Part shown: one piece after another, positions 36,860 to 51,671 of the stretch | How positions within the stretch are numbered: position 1 is the first letter of the stretch | Layout of the letters: every line of letters begins with the position of its first letter | Assembly (NCBI GenBank): GCA_951406725.2 | Contig: OX597834.1 | Coordinates: 34,968,001 to 35,032,000 of the forward strand | Reading direction: 5' to 3' | Source: Octopus vulgaris | Lineage: Eukaryota | DNA length: 64,000 bases | Notes under the pieces: model-generated | The model's database searches: none | What the model saw: only the letters and a program-made list of their open reading frames with translations | Told to the model about the DNA's origin: nothing | Made by a program: the position numbers and the translations under genes

Positions 36860-37400
36860 ATCGTCCTTCCTCTATTTTGAGAATATCTAACAATAGAAAA
36901 GGCGCTAACGCAATAACACTGTGTGCGTTACCAAAATATTCTTTTGTTGAAGCAGAGAACCAGAAACGGGTTAGGATTAGAATTGACCATGAGATCAAGA
37001 GTCTCCTAAAATGTATTCACGTGTGTTTCTAAGTGTATATCAGTCTCTGACCCTTCTGAGGCTCCGCTACTACTTTGTCTAAAATAAAATCAAGACAAAA
37101 CAAAAATAAAAAAAGGTTTGTTTTTTCCCCCCAGCGTTCCTGTCGTGCACACGGCTGTCGTCGCCATTTCTCGATGCCTTCTAAATCCAGTGGCAATGTC
37201 ATAATGGTTCGTTTCGAAAGTCAATCTCCTAGCAATGTCAAAGAGGCTCTCTAACAACTGGGTGGCATTTAACTGCACTGACAAACAACTTGATTTATTA
37301 CAAGGAAGAGAACAGTAGTTGATGGCAGAATAAATCTGCCTTTACGGTAGAAGCATGAACTACAACGACTGTCAAGTATTAACTTTGTTGAAATTAAAAA
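36860..37400. promoter_or_regulatory. CpG-rich unique island with YY1-like motif
   Basis: gtcgccattt at 37160-37169 (AAATGGCGAC on minus); locally many CpGs. Confidence 0.35.
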
Positions 37401-40275
37401 TAGAAAACTTGAAGAAAAAAAATCTTAGAAACGAACTCAATAACTGATCGATTTTGACAATGAGAATTCAGTTCTTTTATCAATTGAACTACCTATTTGA
37501 TAAATTAATGTGTAAGTAGCTGAGTATTACCTCACAACATACACGTGTACCCTTACTTAATGCAAGTCTTAATCTAAGTTAACAGGAAACACCATTATCA
37601 TTTCAACATCCATTTTTTGATGTGTGCATGGGTCAGATGAAATTTCTTGAGGTAAATTTTCTTTGGCCTATCACCAACCCTCACCTGTTTCCAAGTAAGG
37701 TAATATTTCTCTGAGACAAAGACATGTTTTCCTGAAAGACTGGAGATGAAGGATACAACGTATGTGACAGTGATGCTCATTTGCAATTACCATCCGACTA
37801 ATCAAATCAAGGAAATTCTAAAACACTCACACATACGAATGCACACACAGCACACTTCTTTCAGTCTCCGTCTACCAAATACACTCACAAGGTTTTGGTC
37901 AGCCTAAGGCTATAATAGCAAAGACTTTCCCAAGGTATCTTGAATGACAAGTACAGCCCATTCAACAAGCTTCTATTCATAAGATTTCAGTTGAGCTGAG
38001 GCAGTGGTTAACATAAAATACGTAGCACCAACAAATTTATTCCAGTAAAAAAAGAGGCTCGTTGATGACAGAATCAGTTACACAAAAAGAAAAGGGCTAT
38101 TTTCTTCATTTTGGGCTTCTTAAACTAAAATAGCAGTGAGTATTGGAATTAATTAAATCAATCATATCCTTATTTGATGACATAAGAGACACACGGACAT
38201 AAACAAACACACACACACACACACACACACACATGCATCCTGATTTCAGAAGTATGTATTCAGGAAAATACTTTTTCAGTGAACTGAAGCTCACAGGAAG
38301 CCCAACTTCATATACAGGACATATAGGAGGCCCAACTTCACACAGAGGACCCAGGGTGACTTTTTGGAGACATTAGCTAGGGGTGGGAATATCTTATATG
38401 CCATCAAGTACAGTAGTTTGTTCTTACTAAGTTTTTGATCTCATATCTGTATTAGAATCAAGAATTTCATTTCACTCATATAATTCTTAAAAACCATATT
38501 CTCAACTCCAGAGTGATCTTATTGCTTACACTATAGATCAGGGTTTCTTCCGAAGCATCCTATCATAGAACAGTCAGATTTGTTCACTTTGCCAACAAAC
38601 TTTTGCTTTTCTCTTCCTAACCCTCACTCCACAATTTAGTTCTGAGCCACTGTTCACTCTTTAGAAGGCCAAAACATCCCCCCATGGTATTTTGCTATCA
38701 CTATAGAGCACTGTACTATTATAGAATGTTATTATCACTTTAAATGAACTTTTCAATATTTCAAGGGATTAAAATTATTACAGAATTTGTCAAATTAAAC
38801 TCTATACTTCCTAATATCAAAGTTTGATTGAAAATGTTCAAAAAGCTTTCTACAAAAATTGCTTTTTATTATTTCTTGTTATATTTTAGTGTCTTTCACT
38901 TTACCCAGAAGCCATGTCTGTTTCAAGCCTACAAACTTATAGGTTACAGCTTATACCATTTTCTAAAGAGAACAAAACAAACCTTCCCTTAAATGGGACA
39001 CCAGTCTGTCATCAGGTTAATTGTTGGTACTAATTTCGTTGGAATAAAGAGTAAAGTGGAGCGACATATAGTGAAGTGTTTTATTTAAGAACACAGCTTT
39101 CCACAATCACAAATCCAACTCCGTCCCAACTTCTAGACCATGTGACTTCATTCACTAACCAGGTGATGGTGGTAAAATCCAAGAAGCATTAAGAACCAAG
39201 GTTTTGAATGGCAATTTTGAAAGCTCTTTTTAAAATCAAGTCTAGTTTTTAAGAAGTACAGAATTAGATTTTAAGGATGATATAACCTTTTTAATCTCAA
39301 AAATATTTTTATTTCATTTTTGAGATTAGTAAAGATACTTAACCTTATACAAGCACTAAGATGTAAACTTTTTTAAATGAACGTTTTAGCCGTATCTGAT
39401 AAAATTTAGATATGAGGAAGCAACAGATTTAAATTTTATGGTTTTTATAACCTCTTTTTAAATCTTCCAAAGAAAAGGAAAAAAATTATGCATGATTTAT
39501 GACATTAATAAAATTTTACCTGATACGAAGTCAACAAACAAAAGTGGAAGTTTTTTTTTTTATGTGAAACTGAAAGCTGTTGTACCAAGCCAAATTGAAA
39601 GTTATTTATAATGACTAGTGTGAAAAGAGCAAATCTGAGATTCACAGGAAAAAAAAAAGAAAGAAGATTTATACACAAATGACCAGAAATAATTAATTTA
39701 CTATACTAGTTGCTTTTTTAGTGCTATTAACTGGTTCTGTTAGTTAAAAACATACTTACATATCTCAAAATATGAAGCATAACTTTTTGATTCAAGATTA
39801 AAAAAGATTATAGAACCTGTAGAATTTAATTCTCTGCTTCCTAATATCTAAATTTGAAAAAAAAAACTATGAAAAAGAGGGGGAGAAAAGGTATTTGAAA
39901 ATGTACTACCTAACTGCTTTTTCTATCACACAACTGGTGGTAATACAAGTACTACTAAGAAACAACCAGTGGCACTAAAGAAGCAACTCTTTGGCATTTT
40001 TTTTTTATTTTTATCAAAGTGAGATTTTAGAATCACAGAAATGAATATTATGGGTTCTCTAATAACCTTTTAAAACTTCAAAATAGTCTAAACCTTCAAT
40101 TAAACCTTTTAGCAATTTAAATCAGCCTTGTCTGATTCTACCTGATTTATGTTCAAACTTAACCAGATCTGGCCTCTCACACATATCCTACAATGTTTTT
40201 CTTCAAGTAAACAATCATCTCATTGGAATCTCAAACCTAAAAGATAATGTGTGTGTGTGTGTGTGTGTGTATACA

Positions 40276-40312
<37 letters not shown>

Positions 40313-40758
40313 AATGCCTTCCTCACAGTTTCTACCTACCAAAATTTCACTCCCAACCTGTTTGGTCAATCAACCCCTATTGTAGATGAAACTCGTCATA
40401 GGTACCCTGCAGTGGTACTCAAGCAGGAAGCATCTGGAGAGAGGTGGGTTAACTAAATTTTACTCACCTGTGTAGCCATAAGAAATAATGCAAAAACTAG
40501 CAGCTCCAACACAGCACAAACTTTTTTGTTTATAACAACAGCTAAGGGAAAAAACCCACAAAATAAATGTAAGTGTGTGCGTGAGAAATATTGCATTGAC
40601 GTTTTATAGTGAGAAGAGTGCTTTCCAAGGTCACAAGTTCCAGTGACACTTACAGTAAAGATATTTTTGTCATAATTCAATGAAGGGGAAACATTATATT
40701 ATTGCTCAGACGGAGAGAAATAACAGGTAATACTTCCTCAATTCACACCTTAATAGAC

Positions 40759-41112
40759 ACAGGTGTGACTGTGAGGTTAAGGAGCTTGCTTCCCAGCTAT
40801 GTGGTGTTGGGTTCAGTCCCAAAGTGTGTCACCTTGGGCAAGTGTCTTCTAGAAGAGTCATGCACCAACCAAAGACTTTTGAAAGGATTTGGCAGATGGG
40901 AACTCAAAGAAGACCATTGCGCATGCATGTGTGTGTGTATGTGTGTGTGTAGGCTCAGGTGTGAATGTGTGGTAAGAAGCTTGCTTCCCAACCACACGGT
41001 TCCGGGTTTAGTCCCACTGCATGGCACCTTGGGCAAATGTCTTCTACTATAGCCTCAAGTCAACTAATATCCTGTGAGAGGATTTGGTAGACAGAAACTG
41101 AAAGAAGCCCAG
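40759..41112 (+). mobile_element. Two tandem SINE family A 5' halves
   Basis: Head and core repeated around a (TG)n spacer. Confidence 0.8.
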
Positions 41113-41189
41113 TCAAATTGTCCAACTCATGCCAGCATGGAAAGCAGACGTTAAACGATGATGATGATGATGATATATATATATATATA

Positions 41190-41590
41190 TCATCATCATC
41201 ATCGTCGTTTAACGTCCGTTTTCCATGCTAGCATGGGTTGGACGGTCCGACCGGGGATCTGGGAAGCCAGAAGGCTGCACCAGGCTCGTCTGATCTGGCA
41301 GTGTTTCTACAGCTGGATGCCCTTCCTAATGCCAACCACTCCGAGAGTGTAGTGGGTGCTTTTTATGTGCCACCTGCACAGGTGCCAGACGAGGCTGGCA
41401 AACGGCCACGATCGGATGGTGCTTTTTACGTGCCACCGGCAAAGGGGCCAGACGAGGCTAGCAACAGCCACAATCGGATGGTGTTTTTTCGTGCCACCGG
41501 CACGGAGGTCAGTTGGGGAGGTGCTGGCAACGGCCACGTTTGGACGGTTCTCTTACGTGCCACCGAAACTGGTAACTCAGCTACAATTTA
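41190..41590 (-). mobile_element. SINE family C, young copy
   Basis: Near-identical to 1213-1500; four internal gtgccacc units. Confidence 0.9.
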
Positions 41591-42419
41591 TATATATATA
41601 TATATATATATTATAAATGTGAGATTCAGGGATCTAATCAAGATATCCTGGGCCTGAAGTGTAGCTGGATTTTACCACCTCTGAGGTTCCACTTACTATG
41701 AAACAGATGCAGTCCGGAATTTTCCCATCCATTCTGTAACTCTTGTGTGTGCGACGGTGACAATATATATATATGGTGAAGAACAAATGACAGGAAAAAA
41801 AACTGATAAATTCACTTTCAATTTATATGACATTCAAAAAAGAAGAAAAAAGTTGGTGGATGTGTAGTGGACATTGTCCTTCTTTGGGACAGGATATGGA
41901 GTGGGAAGTAAGGAAGAAGGACAAGGAAAAATTGAAACATCAGGAAATGTAAGAATGAAAGAAACAATAAAAACAAACAGTACAATTCAAATGAGAAAGC
42001 AAAAAGAGGTTGTTGAGTGACAAGAAGTAGAATGATGGGCTAAATGAGAATGTTTTGAGATTGTTGGACAAATATATGTGCATGAGAGAGGGAGGGAGAG
42101 GGGGAACTTCATGGCAATTTCTCTGGTGTTGGTGGCACAAAAGGTAGCACCCAGTACACACACTGCAATCAAGTTGATGTTAAGGAAGGACGGAACTATG
42201 CCAAAGGAGATACGGGAGCTCGATGCAAGTCCTTGGACACCTGTCAACCACTTTTACTGTGTGTACTGGGTGCATATTTCCATGTCACCAGTGCTACTGG
42301 GGGTCGGCATGTAGCTTGCAAGTCAACAACCCCAGGGGTAAGAAGCAGTGAGGATGGGGGTGGGGTGGAGGGGGAAGGGGGTTTGGAAGAGTGGGATGGA
42401 GATATATGGATTGATGAAT

Positions 42420-42965
<546 letters not shown>

Positions 42966-43294
42966 GGCTATAGATACATATTGATTGATTGAAAGAAAGT
43001 AAACAGGCTCACGAACAGATTAGGTTAATAATCCACTCAATCTGTGGAGATGACTTTATAGAGATGTAGTGTTATTAAAATAGATTAAATACTTCAAATA
43101 TAATTGTAATATAAATATTGTTGATAACATTAAATCTATTACAATAGATAAGCTGATAAAGCTAAGAAAACAACCAGACTCTGGAAAATACTTGGTTTTA
43201 TTGGCTGTCGTCATCACAGGAATGTGAACAGGGTGGGGTGCCACTTTTGCTGGTCTCTGTTGATTACACTTTGACCCTAGTCCTTTAGTCATTG

Positions 43295-43775
43295 CACCCA
43301 TGCTGGCATTGTGTAAAAAGCACCAGTGCTGTTATCACATAAAAAAAAAACACACCCAGTACGCTCTGTAAAGTGGTTGGTGTTAGGAAGGGCATCCAGA
43401 TAGAGAAACCATGCCAGAATGGAGGCTGGTGCAGCCCTCCAGCTTGCCAGCTCTTTTAAAATAGTCCAACCTGTGCCAGCATGGAAAATATATATATACA
43501 AATAGAAAAATAGAACAAAAATGCAATAGAGGGCATTAAAACGTTCGGACAGATAGATGACACAAAGGCAGACAAGAGAAGCAACAATTAGAAGGACAGG
43601 CAAAAAAAAAGCACCCACTGCACTCTCGGAATGGTTGGCGTTAGGAAGGACATCCAGCTGTAGAAACTCTGCCAGATCAAGATTGGAGCCTGGTGCAGCC
43701 ATCTGGTTCGCCAGCCCTCAGTCAAAATCATCCAACCCATGCTAGCATGGAAAGCAGACGTTAAACGATGATGAT
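43295..43775 (+). mobile_element. Two SINE family C 3' portions
   Basis: ttaggaagg.catccag cores near 43383 and 43641. Confidence 0.8.
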
Positions 43776-44314
43776 AATGTGTAAATATATATAAAAGTGA
43801 CTGAGCTCAGAAGAGTCAACAAACATCCAAATACATGGCGTGTGTGTGTGTATGTGTTTATGCACATTTAACCTGTCAGGGCGGGTTGGACTGTGGTGTT
43901 CACCGTGGTACTGAGCTGGGTTGAGCTATGATGAAAGAAACTAACCCAGGAGATGGAAAACTCAAACTGAAAAGCCTGAGACATGGTTGTTCATTGAGTC
44001 TGTGGCACCAACTTTCTGTTATCAGGATTTCAAAAAGTGTGGCTGATCCCACACAAGGCTTCATCACTGAAAACAAATCCTGTGTGTGGAAAATCTGATG
44101 GCTATGATATTGGTTTCACATATTAGCACAAGGCCAGCAATTTCAGGGGTGGGAGAAAGGTGATTACATCAACCCCAGTGCTCAACTGGTACTTATTTTA
44201 TTGACCCCTAAAGGATAAAAGGCAAAGTCAACCTCAGCGGGATTCGAACTCAGAACTAAATGGCTATAATATTGGCTGATGGGTCCCCATACATTGAAAT
44301 CAATGGGAGAATCC

Positions 44315-44356
<42 letters not shown>

Positions 44357-44934
44357 TATGTGCACATGTGTGTGTGTGTGTGTGTTACACAAATGAGTGT
44401 CTGCACAATGTTTGTCAGCCAAATTCCAGCCACAAAGCATTGGCCAAACCTGAGGTGTTGGGCCCCCACAGTGCTGCGCAGTAGAATCAAACCTGAAACC
44501 GCATGATAGTTACAAAGTAAATGTGTCTCTTAAGGACATGATTAATCAATTTTTTAAATCATAAGATAGTGAAATTAGGAAGGGGTCAGTACCGATGACC
44601 TCAGCAGATCTGTATTCCCATCTCTGATTACTCTCAAAGAGAAGGAGGAGTGATTAATCGGATTCCTTGTAATGTAAACCATTTACATGATAAGACATTA
44701 CCTCACCCACTCCACTTACCTCCCTCACTTCTCACAAACATGCACACACACACACACACAAAATGCACACACAAAGTGCACATACATACACACACACTTC
44801 CAGCAGTTTTGTGAACTTTGTGTCATCGTGAAAGATTGTTACTCTCAAGGGCATATTGACCTAAAAGTTAAAAGGACATATAAAATAGTAAGAAACCCAA
44901 TAATACTGTATTTTAATGAGATCAAGGGACAGTT

Positions 44935-45190
44935 TTAAGGGGGTCTGTGTCATCTACTAAGGGAGTATGTTATGGAAATTGTATTAAGGGCATCAGCTGT
45001 GTATTAAGAAATCTGTGTTATCCATTAACAGAGGGTGTTAAGGGAGTTTGTGTCATCTGCTAAAGGAGTGTATTAAGGGAGTTTGTGTCATCTGCTAAAG
45101 GAACATATTAAGGGAGTTTGTGTCATCTGCTAAGGGAGTCTGTGTCTGCTGCTAAGGGAATGTATTGAGAGAGTCAATATCATCTGCTAT
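44935..45190 (+). repeat. 35-bp minisatellite (TTAAGGGAGTTTGTGTCATCTGCTAAAGGAGTGTA)
   Basis: Three near-perfect central units, degenerate flanking units. Confidence 0.88.
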
Positions 45191-46503
45191 ATTGCAATAA
45201 TACATTGGCAGACTTGTGACTAACTGGCACTCTGTCGGTTATGACAACGAGGGTACCAATTGACCCGATCAATAATGGAACAGCTGACCCATGAACTTAA
45301 CGTAGTTCTCAAGGAGATTCAGCAGGACAGAAAATGTGTCAAGTCTGACCGTTTGAATTACAGGCACTACTCATCTTTGCCAGCTGAATGGACTGCAGCA
45401 ACATGAAATAAAGTGTCTTGCTCAAGGACACAATGCACTGCCAGATATCGAACCCACAACCTTACAACTGAGTGAGGGTGTAATATCAATGGAACTGGCT
45501 TTATGCCAGGGGATAAAGTATGACAGAAGGACTGGAACTGGTGTCTTACAATAGAAGAGATTCATGGCTACCCCAGTTGCAAAAAGAAAGCTGGTGGTGG
45601 AGAAGAGGTATCATCATCATCATATATAGTAAGTGGCCTGCACATTACTATGTTCGAGTCCTAGGAGGTACAGTGCCAGTTACTCAGTTTATTTAGCATA
45701 TAAGGCATAGGTGTGGCAGTGTGATAAGAAATTTATTATTTCAAAGAACATGATCTTCGACTGAAACCCTTTAAGATGGTGCTCCAGCATGGCCGCAATC
45801 AAATGACTGAACTGTGTAAAAGAATGACAGAATTAAGTGTATAATATCTGGTAAATGCTTGGTTGACTTTTGTCACTAAATGGTGGTGGTGGTGGTGGTA
45901 GTGGTGGTGACAGCAAGTGAAGTGAAGTTGATGGGTAAGTGGGGTCAATAAGGTGTGGTGGTGGGGTTATGGCAGGGCAGGGCATGGGGAGCAGAGGAGG
46001 CCCGTTATCAGTCCGATTTATCTGGCAGTTTTGCAGTGAATGTAGAAAGAGACTAGAGCCAAGCGATGGACTGAAGGAGGTGATTTTGAAGTAGATTCCT
46101 TTCTTTCTTCCTTTCTTTCTTTTCCTAAACAAACATTGTAACGTGGTAGGTTAAGCAGGATTGAAGTGTTTAGTGTTGAACCTTACGACTGGTCTCAAGT
46201 GGATCCGAAAAGTGGGGAGGGATGGTAAGCTACATAAAGTGGGGAGGTAATGAGAGAGAAAGAGAGAGAGAGAGGAGGAATAGGAGGAGATGTTTACATA
46301 TTGATACTCCTCCTCCTCCCAATCATTGAACTGTTCTCATCTTAATCCGGTTCTTGTTTTTGGCAATAACTTGTAAATTTTGGCCAACCAGAGTTCCTTT
46401 CAACAGCAGTGAGGGCAAGGGGGGGGGGGTGAACCTACTTACATGCAGCTATCTTACTTGTTAGAAAAAAGAACCAAATCTACTTCATATCAGACTACCA
46501 TAT

Positions 46504-46558
<55 letters not shown>

Positions 46559-46689
46559 AGGCAGTTGAATGACAAAATTATTAATAAATTAGACTAAGAA
46601 ATGCTTAGAAGTGTTTCTTCCAGCGCTTTATGTAACCATGTTGAAGGGTTTAAGTGGGAAAAAATGACCCCCAATACTTATTTATAGAA

Positions 46690-47279
46690 CTTGGTACTTG
46701 TTCTATTGTTCCCTCTTTGCCAAATTGCTAAGTGACCGGGATGTAAACAAAGCGACACTGTTTGTCAAATAGTGGTGGAAAACATACACAAAGGTGCACA
46801 CAAACAGAATCATACATACATATATACATAGAATTACACACATACACACACATGTATGTGACAGCTTCTTTTGGTTATGAAATTCATTCACAAGGCTTTG
46901 GTCAGCCCAGGGTTAGAGCCCAAAATGTCAGACAGCAATACTGAACTCAGAATCAAGGGGTTGAGAAGTAAACTTCTTACCACACAGCCAGGGCAAGTGG
47001 ATTTGGTAGACGGAAACTGAAAGAAGCCTGTAATATATAGATACATGTGTGTGTGTGTGTGCGCGCGCGCTTGTATGTCTGTGTTTATCCCCCACCTATT
47101 GCTTGAGAACCGATGTTAGTGTGTTTACGTCCCCGTAACTTAGCAGTTCAGCAAAGGAGGCTGATAGAATAAGTACGAGGTTTACAAAGAATAAGTCTTG
47201 GGGGTCGATTCATTCGACTAAAAGGCGGTGCTCCAGTGTGGCCGCAATCAAATGACTGAAACAAGTAAAGAATAAAAGA
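46690..47279. mobile_element. Back-to-back inverted pair of SINE family A copies
   Basis: Minus copy about 46690-46990 abuts plus copy 46996-47279. Confidence 0.8.
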
Positions 47280-47324
47280 ACGTGTGTGTGTGTGTGTGTG
47301 TGTGTGAAAATACATTCAGTCATA

Positions 47325-47361
<37 letters not shown>

Positions 47362-47507
47362 TGTTGTTTTCTTTTCCCATATTTTGTTGATAAATTTCAG
47401 TAGCAGGTGGGTTGGTTGCTGCATTATTAGACTAAGCAAGGAAAACATATTTAAAATAACATATACAGTAAAAAAAAGAAAAAAAAAAAAAAGAAAAAGA
47501 AAAACAA

Positions 47508-47551
<44 letters not shown>

Positions 47552-49194
47552 CACCCCCTCACAACCACTCCCCCCAACAAACAAACAAAAAAAACCCACA
47601 CAGAACATCTTCTTCGGTAAAATAGTCAGTGATGCAAGTAGTATCATGAATACAGGAAATCTACTTAAAGCAGCACCAGTAGAGAAAGTGTACTAAAAGT
47701 TTACTAGTTCCACTTTCGGTTTGGAGGGAAAGAAAATGGAAGACGAAAGAGAAACGGTTTGCAGAAGGAAAGAAATGTAGAAATGATTACAAGGATTTGA
47801 ATGGGAATTCTTGCTTGCTGCTTGGTCTTGTTTTTGTTTTTTTTTTCTTTTGATAAATCTGTGTGGTTGTCTGTGTGTGTGTGTGTGTTTGTGGATGTGT
47901 GCATGAAAAGTGTTTGTGTAACAGTGTGTTTGTGTGCATACAGCTGTGTGAGCATTATGTGCGAGAATGTGTGTTGGCATGTGTGTGCATCTGTGCATGA
48001 ATGTGTGTGTGTGTGTGTGTGTGTGTGTTTGGATGTGTGCGTGAAAAGTGTTTGTGTAACAGTGTGCTGTGTGAGCATGTGTGTGCATCTGTGCATGAAT
48101 GTATGTGCATGTATCTATGAATGCGTGCATGTGTATGTGCATGCCTCTGTGTGTGTGTGTGTGTGTGCATTTCTTTATATGTCTGTAAAAGAAGCTGTAG
48201 CCCAACTAACTACATGGCTCCAGGTTCAATCCCACTGCATGCCATATGAGCAAGTATCAGTGCATGCAGGCCATGCCAGCAGGGATGGCCAATATAAAAT
48301 GATGATGATGCTGGTGGTAAATCTTGAGAAGGATGTAGAACAAATAGGGGCTGCAATTTATTGTCCAATGAACGAGGGGTACTCATAAGTGGGGTGGTTA
48401 CACCCACTGGCATAGACAATACATATGTACACAGAGACACACACACATACACAACAGGTTTCCACACAGCATCAATCTACCAGATCCACTGACAAAGCAT
48501 TTGTTAGCCTGGGGCTACCACAGAAGACACTTGCCCAAAGTACCAAGCAGTGGAATTGAACCCGAAACCACATGATTGCAAAACAAGCTTCATAACTACA
48601 CAGCCATGTCTATTAATAGTGTCTATTTATAGTAAAATATTTCTGTCTAGTTAACAACAGAAAAAAAAAAACAAAAAAAGAATGCCCACTGTTCCAATAT
48701 TCTGAATGTCAGTTTTATTTTCCGATTACTTCATATTAACAATAGATGAGCAAAACTTTGCTATATTTAGTCAAGTATTGATCTCAAATGTGGGCAAACT
48801 TATGAAATATAATGAATGTTTCATATATATTCACTATCATAGAAAAAATGTAATGGTACTATTGTAGCAAGTTAAACACTTCACTAGACATCAGTTAGCT
48901 TAAACAATAAATAGAACTTACATCAGGTCAAGCTGTCCCGAATGCAGTTATGCACTTAGGACTGAGGGGAAATGTATAAAATTTAGTTCTTATGTATAAC
49001 GTGAACCCCTAAATTTTAGGTAAACCTTTTTGTTACTATACTTTTGTTGAAATACACTGCTTTGTTTTCTACAAAAGAGAATAATAGAATAAGTCCTGGG
49101 ATTGATTTGTTCAAATAAAGGAGCTGCTCCAGCATGGCCACAGCCAGATAACTGAAACAAGTAAAAGAATGATATCTATATCTATCTATATATA

Positions 49195-49380
49195 GGGGGA
49201 AGCTTTATGAAAATAAACAAAAGACGAAGGCAGGTGGAATACAAACAAACAATTGTATTAGTATGGCGCTCAGGAATATAAATAAAACAAGTCTTTTACG
49301 TTTCGAGCCTACGCTCTTCAACAGAAAGATACACAGAAAAGAAACACAGAGAGAAACAAGGAGAGAAAAAAAATGCGTAC
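49195..49380 (-). mobile_element. Short repeat-like element with hammerhead-like motif (possible Penelope-derived pLTR)
   Basis: Minus 49330-49291: UCUUU-CUGUUGAA-GAGC GUAG GCUC-GAAA-CGUA-AAAGA; abuts (TA)n. Confidence 0.55.
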
Positions 49381-49654
49381 AGAAATATACAGACATACAC
49401 ACACACAGCACATACACAAATGACTGTTGTTATTAAACTGGGGTTTGGATCATAAATTAATTTGAAAATTTGATGGGAGTTTTTAATTTAACACTTTTTG
49501 TTGCCCTATTTCTGTTGAAATTCACCGCTTTTGTTTCAATTGCTTTTGGAAATAATGAAGAACTTAGTAAAATAGTTTTGTTGTTCTTAAGCCTTGGTTT
49601 AGAACATAAATTACGATGAAAATTCGATGAAAGTTTTTAAATCAGATCAGGCGT

Positions 49655-50121
49655 GTCTTTTAGATGCTGGTGCCACTTAAAAAGCACCCAGGCTAGTGCT
49701 GTGTTAATGCACCTGTACCAGTGATGTGTAAATGCACCTGCGTCGATGATACATAGGAAGCACCCAGTACACTTTGTTAAGTGATTGGCTTTAAGAAGGG
49801 CATCCAGCCATAGAAACCCTGCCACAACAGACAGACAGGGTCTGGATGTCTCCCTGCTAGGCAGCTCCATGTCAAACCATCCAACCCATGCCAGCATGGA
49901 AAGCGGATGTTAAATGACAATGATGATGATGATTTTCAAAACGGATGTTTGCATCACAGAACCAGGGACAGTTTAGGGTGGATTGGTTTCTAAAGGGTTG
50001 AAGCTTGCTTTGCAATGATGTGGTTCCAAGTTCAATACTACTGCATGGCACCTTCAGCAAGTAAATTTAGAAGATGGAAACTGTGTAGAAGCCCACTTGT
50101 GTATGTATATATATATTTGTG

Positions 50122-50176
<55 letters not shown>

Positions 50177-50630
50177 TAGGTAGATATATATAGATAGGTA
50201 GATAGATAGATAGAAAGATAGATAGATATGAATGTGGTATGTATGAGTGTTTGTGTGTGTGTGCATCTATGTTTGACACCCCATCCCACTTACAGCCCTG
50301 TAACTTAGCAGTTTGGCAAAAGAAATCAATAGAATAAGTACCAGACTTTAAAAATGCAAGTACTCGGGTTGATTTGTTCAACTAAACCCTTCAAGTTATT
50401 ATTATTATCATCATCATCATCATCGTCATAAAGGCAGCAAGCTGACAGAATCATTAACACAGACAAAAGATCACAGTGGCATTTCTTGTGACTCATGACA
50501 TACTGGGTTCAAGTTTTGTCAAGGCTGGCTTTGGCTCTCATCTGTTTTGCAGTTGATAAAATAACCAGTTGAGCGCCAGGGTTGATGTAACCAGCTCACG
50601 TACTTCCCTAAAACTACTGGCTTTGTACCA
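49655..50630 (+). mobile_element. Cluster of SINE C (49655-49932), SINE A (50000-50392) and degraded SINE B (50430-50630)
   Basis: Family cores recognisable in that order. Confidence 0.75.
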
Positions 50631-51671
50631 AAAAAAAAAAAAGTCATAGTCGGTATCTGGAACATAACACAACTAAACAAAAGGTTCTTACATAAAAATT
50701 ATGACGGTGAGATATTTATTTAAATATGAAGTCTAAAATGGAGTGTTTTGTTTACAGGAATCAGGGGTGGTCTCAGTGAAAGTGACATTAAAAGGGGATA
50801 ATGGAATGGTGGGAGAGATCTATTAACAGACAGGAGTACTACAGGATAAGACAAACAAATGCAAACACACACAAGCACTCATTGACATGTGTATGTGTAT
50901 ATACATATATACACACACATATATATATATATATATACACACACATATCCATTTATACATATTCTCACATGTATACGCACATACACATATATATAGACAC
51001 ATATATATACATATATATACACACATATATATACATATATATACATACACAGAAACACACATATATATATATACATACACACACACATATAAACATATAT
51101 ACACAAACATGTATACACACGCACACACACACACACATATATATATACAGACACATATATACATATACATATATACACACATATATGCATACACATATAT
51201 GCACACATATATGCACACACATAAAGATGTATACACACACATTCACATATATACAAACATGTATACACATACATACACACACACACATTTATATATACAT
51301 TTAGACGCATACACACACATGTATTTATACACACACACACACATATACATACACATGAAGACACACACCTTCATATTTGCACAGGCATACATCCATATAG
51401 AGCAAACTTGTTACTGCTATTGATACAAAAAATTCGAATTCCTTATCTCATTACCGCTTGATGAATGGAGTTAATTATGCCTGTATTATTAACGAACTAT
51501 TGTACAGCGAAAATAAGCAAAGACCTGTGAGTTGGTTTAAATATCTCCTGCACTTTAATATGCTCGTTGATTCACTGGACGAAGCATAAACACCACAACA
51601 CCTCATTTCCGTTATTTTCTCTTTTCAAATGAATCGCTCTCTTTGTTGTTATTTACAAGAAATCAATAATA

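Noticed and set aside
36965-36982. CUAAUCCUAACCC (minus) as a telomerase RNA template
   Set aside because: Imperfect template; no recognisable pseudoknot, CR4/5 P6.1 or H/ACA domain downstream
37029-37050. GQRLIY as an ETS-domain or ubiquitin-like motif
   Set aside because: Six-residue match without the rest of either domain
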